NCBI GenBank assembly: GCA_043821445.1
Contig: JBDRCT010000037.1
Span: 49,703-113,702 of the forward strand
DNA length: 64,000 nt
Source: Candidatus Omnitrophota bacterium
Lineage (GTDB): Bacteria; Omnitrophota; Omnitrophia; Omnitrophales; Aquincolibacteriaceae
Direction of reading: 5' to 3'
Position numbers and translations under genes: made by a program. Within the stretch, counting starts at the first letter, position 1, and each line of letters starts with the position of its first letter. Shown one piece after another: positions 58,113 to 64,000 of the stretch. Below the pieces are notes generated by a model. That model searched no databases, was not told the DNA's origin, and worked only from the letters and a program-made list of their open reading frames with translations.

Positions 58113-58193
58113 TACGGCGTACGGTGCGACGGATGACCGCTTTTGCGCCGTACACCGTACTTCTTACTCCGTATTGCTTTTTTAAAAATTCTC

Positions 58194-58221
58194 TTGATTT
58201 TTTTTGCCTGCCGACTAGAAT
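58194..58221 (+). promoter_or_regulatory. Putative sigma70-type promoter of the groEL1 operon (TTGATT-16 nt-TAGAAT)
   Basis: -35 TTGATT (58194-58199), 16-nt spacer, -10 TAGAAT (58216-58221). The CIRCE begins 10 nt downstream. Confidence 0.5.
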
Positions 58222-58231
58222 AACGCCTCGC

Positions 58232-58258
58232 TTGGCACTCTGAATTGCTGAGTGCCAG
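58232..58258 (+). promoter_or_regulatory. CIRCE (HrcA operator): TTGGCACTC-N9-GAGTGCCAG
   Basis: Close match to the TTAGCACTC-N9-GAGTGCTAA consensus with the correct 9-nt spacer, ~120 nt upstream of groEL1. Confidence 0.8.
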
Positions 58259-58316
58259 CGCCTCGAAATGAATCTTCTCATCAAATAGATTCGTCATTCT
58301 GAAGCCAAAGAGCTGA

Positions 58317-60035
<1,719 letters not shown>

Positions 60036-60044
60036 TGACGACAT

Positions 60045-60080
60045 CACTTAGCGAAGCTGCCAAGGACAGCGAGCTAAGTG
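60045..60080 (+). other. Inverted repeat CACTTAGC-N20-GCTAAGTG between groEL1 and groES (not CIRCE), followed by a CCCCGC/GCGGGG hairpin at 60094-60125
   Basis: Read directly from sequence. The half-sites are not the CIRCE half-sites. Confidence 0.5.
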
Positions 60081-60170
60081 ATCCGTCGGAATTAACCCCG
60101 CGAAGCCGCAAGGTGTAGCGGGGTTGAGAAAACCGAAATCAAATACCAAATAAATAAAGGAGATCCAAAC

Positions 60171-60464
60171 ATGAAAGTCAGACCGTTAGCAGACAGAGTG
60201 CTCGTGGAAGTTCTTGAAGCGGAAGCGAAAACCAAGGGCGGCATCATCCTGCCGGACACCGCAAAGGAAGAAAAGACCGAGGGCAAGGTCATCGCCGTCG
60301 GCGCCGGGAAAATGCTCGAATCGGGCAAGATCCAGGCCATTGAAGTCAAAAAAGGCGATCGCGTGCTTTTCGGGAAATATTCCGGTGATGATCTCGTGAT
60401 CGACGGCGTCAAGCACAAGATCGTCAAAGAGAACGAGATCCTCGCCGTTTATGAAAAAGATTAG
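60171..60464 (+). CDS. groES: Co-chaperonin GroES
   Basis: MKVRPLADRVLVE ... GGIILPDTAKEK ... typical 97-aa GroES, with an AAAGGAG RBS. Confidence 0.97.
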   Translation: MKVRPLADRVLVEVLEAEAKTKGGIILPDTAKEEKTEGKVIAVGAGKMLESGKIQAIEVKKGDRVLFGKYSGDDLVIDGVKHKIVKENEILAVYEKD

Positions 60465-60585
60465 AAACAAGATGCAAGAAGCCGGAAGCAAAGAGGCGAA
60501 AAAAGTCTTTGCCTCTTGTTTCTCTGCTTCTCGCTTCTGCGCTGCAGACAAAACGGTCTAATCAATTGAAAGAAGGAGAAAAATC

Positions 60586-62217
60586 ATGAGCGCTAAGTTA
60601 ATCTCGTACTCAGAAGAAGCGCGCCAGCGGATCAAACGCGGCGTCGACATCCTCGCAAGGGCTGTCAGCGTCACGCTCGGTCCCCGCGGCCGTAATGTCG
60701 TGATCGACAAGAAATTCGGCGCACCGCTTGTCACCAAAGACGGTGTCACGGTCGCCAAAGAGATCGACCTCAAGGACCCGTATGAGAATATGGGCGCCCA
60801 AATGGTCCGCGAAGTTGCCGAAAAGACCTCGGACACGGCCGGGGACGGCACCACGACCGCGACGGTCCTGGCCCAGTCCATCGTTGCCGAAGGCTTGAAG
60901 AACGTCACCGCAGGCGCCAATCCGATGGCACTGAAGCGCGGTATCGACAAGGCCTCCGCGAAGATCGTCGAAACGATCAAGAAAATGTCCAAAGCCGTGA
61001 AGGGCAAGGAAGACATCACCGCCGTCGGCGCGATCAGTGCCAATAACGATGAGTCGATCGGTCAGCTTTTGGCGGACGCCCTGGAAAAGGTCGGCAAAGA
61101 AGGCGTGATCACGGTCGAGGAGGCAAAGGGCCTTAAGACCGAGCTGGACGTGGTCGAGGGCATGCAATTCGATCGCGGCTATCTCTCGCCCTATTTCGTG
61201 ACCGATGCCGAGCGGATGGAAGTGGTCTTGAAGGAACCTTACATCCTTCTTTATGAAAAGAAGGTCAGTACGGTGAAGGACCTCGTCCCGGTGCTTGAGA
61301 AGGTGGCGCGCCTCGGGAAACCCCTCCTCATCATCTCCGAGGATATCGAAGGCGAAGCGCTCGCGACCCTGGTGGTCAATAAGATCCGCGGCGTGCTTCA
61401 GATCGCGGCCGTCAAGGCCCCCGGGTTCGGGGACCGCCGTAAGGCCCTGATGGAAGACATCGCGATCATCACCAAGGGCAAGTTCATCTCCGAGGACCTC
61501 GGCGTGAAGCTCGAGAACGTGGACCTTGAGATGCTCGGCACGGCCCAGCGGGTCGTGATCGATAAGGACAACACCACGATCGTGGGAAGCGCCGGCACCC
61601 AGAAGGACATCAAGGGACGCTGCGACCAGATCAAGGCGGAAATTGAACGGTCCGATTCCGATTATGACAAAGAAAAGCTCCAGGAACGTCTCGCGAAACT
61701 TTCCGGCGGCGTGGCCGTCGTAAAAGTCGGCGCGGCAACGGAGACGGAGATGAAAGAAACAAAGGCCCGCATCGAAGACGCGCTCCACGCGACCCGCGCG
61801 GCCATCGAAGAAGGCATCGTCCCGGGCGGCGGCGTGGCGCTTTTGCGCTCCATCGCATCACTCGACGACGTCAAAGTATCGGGGGATGAAGCCACCGGCC
61901 TTCAGATCGTGCGCCGGGCGCTTCAGGAACCCGCCCGCAAGATCGCCCACAACGCCGGCGCCGACGGATCGGTGGTCGTGAAAAAGATCCTCGAAGGCAA
62001 GGGCGCCTTCGGGTTCAACGCGCAGACCTGCGAGTACAGTGACCTCGTGGAAGACAAGGTCATTGACCCCGCCAAGGTCGTCCGCATCGCGGTGGAGAAC
62101 GCCTGCAGTATCGCGGGACTTATCGTCACGACCGAATGCGTGATCGCGGATAAGCCGAAGGAAGTCAAAGACGAGGACAAGAAGAAATCCTCGAACTACT
62201 CGGGCAGCATCGAATAG
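60586..62217 (+). CDS. groEL: Chaperonin GroEL, copy 2 (no GGM tail; ends [11 protein letters not shown])
   Basis: [19 protein letters not shown]. About 70% identical by eye to copy 1, with some near-identical nucleotide stretches. Confidence 0.97.
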   Translation: MSAKLISYSEEARQRIKRGVDILARAVSVTLGPRGRNVVIDKKFGAPLVTKDGVTVAKEIDLKDPYENMGAQMVREVAEKTSDTAGDGTTTATVLAQSIVAEGLKNVTAGANPMALKRGIDKASAKIVETIKKMSKAVKGKEDITAVGAISANNDESIGQLLADALEKVGKEGVITVEEAKGLKTELDVVEGMQFDRGYLSPYFVTDAERMEVVLKEPYILLYEKKVSTVKDLVPVLEKVARLGKPLLIISEDIEGEALATLVVNKIRGVLQIAAVKAPGFGDRRKALMEDIAIITKGKFISEDLGVKLENVDLEMLGTAQRVVIDKDNTTIVGSAGTQKDIKGRCDQIKAEIERSDSDYDKEKLQERLAKLSGGVAVVKVGAATETEMKETKARIEDALHATRAAIEEGIVPGGGVALLRSIASLDDVKVSGDEATGLQIVRRALQEPARKIAHNAGADGSVVVKKILEGKGAFGFNAQTCEYSDLVEDKVIDPAKVVRIAVENACSIAGLIVTTECVIADKPKEVKDEDKKKSSNYSGSIE

Positions 62218-62235
62218 TCCGAAGAGCACCCTAAC

Positions 62236-62276
62236 AAAAAAAGGGGCAGGCGTTAACCGCCTGCCCCTTTTTTTAT
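62236..62276. terminator. Bidirectional rho-independent terminator between groEL2 (+) and the tsaC-PTP gene (-)
   Basis: aaaaaaaggggcaggcg-ttaa-ccgcctgcccctttttttat: perfect stem with A and T runs on both sides. Confidence 0.85.
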
Positions 62277-62305
62277 TGTGACCGATCTCTTATTTCTCAA
62301 GGGTC

Positions 62306-63394
62306 CTAATGAAGGATCCTGTCCAGATACCGTTCGAGTTTTGTCTCGAGGTCCAGCAGGGTCTTTTCAAAAACATCCAGCCCCTTTCCGATCGGGTCCT
62401 CCACATGGAGCGTGATCGTCCTCTCCCTGACCGAAGGTAGCCTCTTGGTGATATCATGGGCGTGTTGCGGCGCCATCGCGATCACCAGGTCCGCACTCCA
62501 CAGGTCCCCGCCGCGGCAGAGACGGCTGCGGAACTTGCTCAGATCGATCGCTAAGCTCCGCATCACGGTTTCCGCTTCGAGCGTGCAGGGGAGTCCGTCC
62601 CGGGCGCGCGTCCCGCAGGAAGCCACCTCGATCTCGCCGGCCAATCCCCTCTCTTCGATCTTTCGCTTGAGCCACCCTTCCGCCATCGGCGAACGGCAGA
62701 CGTTCCCCGTGCAAACGATCAGGATGCGTTTCCGGGGGCACTTCCCGGCGTGGATCTTTTCAACGGCCTTTTCCACGTCCGTGCTCTGCGCTCCCCTGCG
62801 AAGAATGGCCGGCATTTCGCCCGTCAGGTCCACGATCGTTGAAGTCATTTTAAATTCCGTCTTGCCGCCGTCAATCAGGCAGTCAAAACCGTCCGGCAGA
62901 CCCTCCAGCACCTGATGGGCCGTATGGGCCGACGGCTTCCCGCTTACGTTGGCGCCTGCCGTGATCAGCGGTTCTCCGGTCTCCCGGATCAGCGCGAGCG
63001 CGATCTTGTTCCTCGGGAGCCGGATCCCCATCTTCCGCCCGGCAAGATTGGACACGATCAAGGTGACCGGCCCCGGCCAGAACTGCTGCGCCATGAGGCG
63101 GAGGGACGGCGTTTTCTTGATCCCCAGCGCATCGAGCATCGCCCAGTCGCCGACATGATACATGAAAGGCGCCATTTCCGACCGCCCCGTGATCTCACAA
63201 AGCCGCTTTTCGGTCCCGGCCAAGCTCATCCGTCCGCCGACGATGTAGACCGTCTCCGTGGGGAACGCGATCACCTTGCCCTTTTTACAGGCTCCCGCCG
63301 CTTTCCGGATGCGCCCCTTCTCCGGGTCCCGGGCATTGATCTTCAAAATGGAAGGTTTTTTGTTCATAGCTTGATCTCTAACAGGCTGCAGCAA
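62306..63394 (-). CDS. Fusion protein: TsaC/YrdC-like threonylcarbamoyl-AMP synthase domain + low-molecular-weight protein tyrosine (or arginine) phosphatase domain
   Basis: N-terminal AFPTETVYIVGG (YrdC fold). C-terminal ILIVCTGNVCRSPMAEG (C-X5-R P-loop of LMW-PTP) with a DPIG region. Start may be at MNKKPS. Confidence 0.75.
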   Translation of the reverse strand: MLQPVRDQAMNKKPSILKINARDPEKGRIRKAAGACKKGKVIAFPTETVYIVGGRMSLAGTEKRLCEITGRSEMAPFMYHVGDWAMLDALGIKKTPSLRLMAQQFWPGPVTLIVSNLAGRKMGIRLPRNKIALALIRETGEPLITAGANVSGKPSAHTAHQVLEGLPDGFDCLIDGGKTEFKMTSTIVDLTGEMPAILRRGAQSTDVEKAVEKIHAGKCPRKRILIVCTGNVCRSPMAEGWLKRKIEERGLAGEIEVASCGTRARDGLPCTLEAETVMRSLAIDLSKFRSRLCRGGDLWSADLVIAMAPQHAHDITKRLPSVRERTITLHVEDPIGKGLDVFEKTLLDLETKLERYLDRILH

Positions 63395-63439
63395 AGGTCC
63401 CGAAAAACATTTTAGATCCGGCTTGCGCCAAGAACGACG

Positions 63440-63838
63440 TCATTTATTTTTTGCACGCTTAAAAACGCGCTGCACGAAAACCAGGTATTCGGCGGATTCT
63501 TTCTCACTGATCAGCTGCCCCGCCCCGTAGAGGTCCTGATTCCGTTTCATTCGCATGGCATTCCCAAGAGTCAGGATATCCGGATCATCAAGCGCCGCGC
63601 TCATGCGTTCAAGGATCTTCACGTGATGGCCCGGAATACTGCGGACCTTCAGCCCTTCCGACGCAAGGATGGCGATGCCGGTCTTGATCAGAGCTTGAAA
63701 AGCGTAACTGAAGCGGACTTCCGGGAATGGATCCTTCTCGGCGATCACAAGGTCCCTGCGGGCGTTCTCAAACCGCGCGTTGATTTCTTCGACGGCAAAT
63801 GCGAACTTCTGAAAGAATTTTTTTTCCGGCCCTTTCAT
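63440..63838 (-). CDS. HEPN-like helical protein (possible HEPN/MNT toxin-antitoxin component)
   Basis: All-alpha 132-aa protein with a RMKRNQDLYG region. The HEPN call is weak (no clear Rx4-6H motif). ATGA overlap with the upstream partial ORF. Confidence 0.4.
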   Translation of the reverse strand: MKGPEKKFFQKFAFAVEEINARFENARRDLVIAEKDPFPEVRFSYAFQALIKTGIAILASEGLKVRSIPGHHVKILERMSAALDDPDILTLGNAMRMKRNQDLYGAGQLISEKESAEYLVFVQRVFKRAKNK

Positions 63839-64000
63839 AAAAGGCGGACCTTTTTCTTTTTCGCGAGAGACTTGAGGAAAGGGTCCTTCTTGATTTTCTC
63901 TCTATACTCCTTCGTCCCTATGCTGATCACATTGATCTCGCGGTCGCTCTCCTTCTGCAGCGCCCCCACGGCCCTTTGAAGCGCGAGAGTGTCGTGCCCT
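63835..64000 (-). CDS. Partial ORF (3' end only), possible minimal nucleotidyltransferase partner of the HEPN protein
   Basis: Open frame from the window edge (... GHDTLALQRAVGALQKESDREINVISIGTKEYREKIKKDPFLKSLAKKKKVRLL*). Its stop overlaps the HEPN ATG. Assignment is by context only. Confidence 0.3.
   Translation of the reverse strand, partial: GHDTLALQRAVGALQKESDREINVISIGTKEYREKIKKDPFLKSLAKKKKVRLL

Noticed and set aside
60094-60125. CCCCGC ... GCGGGG hairpin after groEL1 as a rho-independent terminator.
   Set aside because: It is not followed by a T tract (tgagaaaacc). More likely a processing or attenuation structure; left as part of the inverted-repeat feature.

Overview
This 64-kb window is high-GC bacterial chromosome. 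Gene content (11-subunit nuo operon, many PAS histidine kinases, four-helix-bundle TIGR02436 genes) suggests an uncultured or candidate-phylum organism, but I cannot place it more precisely. In order along the window:

- **1-10.9 kb:** an 11-gene NADH:quinone oxidoreductase operon in the order nuoA-B-C-D-I-H-J-K-L-M-N. There is no nuoE/F/G between nuoD and nuoH.
- **11.0-11.9 kb:** an RluA/RluD-type pseudouridine synthase with a clean terminator.
- **12.1-26.8 kb:** a dense minus-strand His-Asp signalling island, bracketed by two direct copies of a ~90-bp MITE-like element. It holds three large PAS sensor kinases (one a hybrid kinase with an (EK)16 linker encoded by a perfect (AAGGAG)16 repeat), five receiver proteins, two four-helix-bundle (TIGR02436) genes and a REC-GGDEF-EAL protein.
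- **26.9-29.0 kb:** a small hypothetical protein, an AhpD-like protein and a TPR-fused two-TM K+ channel.
- **29.7-31.2 kb:** glgA.
- **31.3-44.5 kb, the most unusual locus:** a tightly coupled minus-strand operon. It encodes an ANL adenylating ligase, an MBOAT acyltransferase, a NitT/TauT-type ABC importer (permease, ATPase, binding protein) and an ~89-aa carrier protein with a DltC-like DSF motif. These are followed by four tandem ~1.86-kb paralogues of a membrane protein that combines a Cys-rich N-terminal ecto-domain with a DltD/AlgJ-like SGNH domain. The paralogues show mosaic N-terminal sequences and homogenised 3' ends, and the last copy is frameshifted in a poly-A tract. Together this looks like a Dlt-like, carrier-protein-dependent surface-acylation system with a diversified acceptor-transferase array.
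- **44.6-48.2 kb:** an intramembrane histidine kinase, a family-2 glycosyltransferase carrying two copies of a second MITE family (one in-frame inside the CDS, one supplying its stop codon), and a COG0701 permease.
- **47.9-54.5 kb:** a copper efflux locus (YHS protein, cusA, cusB with a split N-terminus, cusC, csoR) with a CsoR-type operator.
- **54.7-58.1 kb:** tsaB, alr, birA and coaX.
- **58.2-62.3 kb:** an unusual groEL1-groES-groEL2 arrangement with a CIRCE operator only upstream of groEL1.
- **62.3-64.0 kb:** a TsaC(YrdC)-LMW-PTP fusion and a HEPN/MNT-like pair at the edge.

Four families of short palindromic MITE/REP-like repeats are scattered through the intergenic space. No rRNA, tRNA or CRISPR array was recognised.
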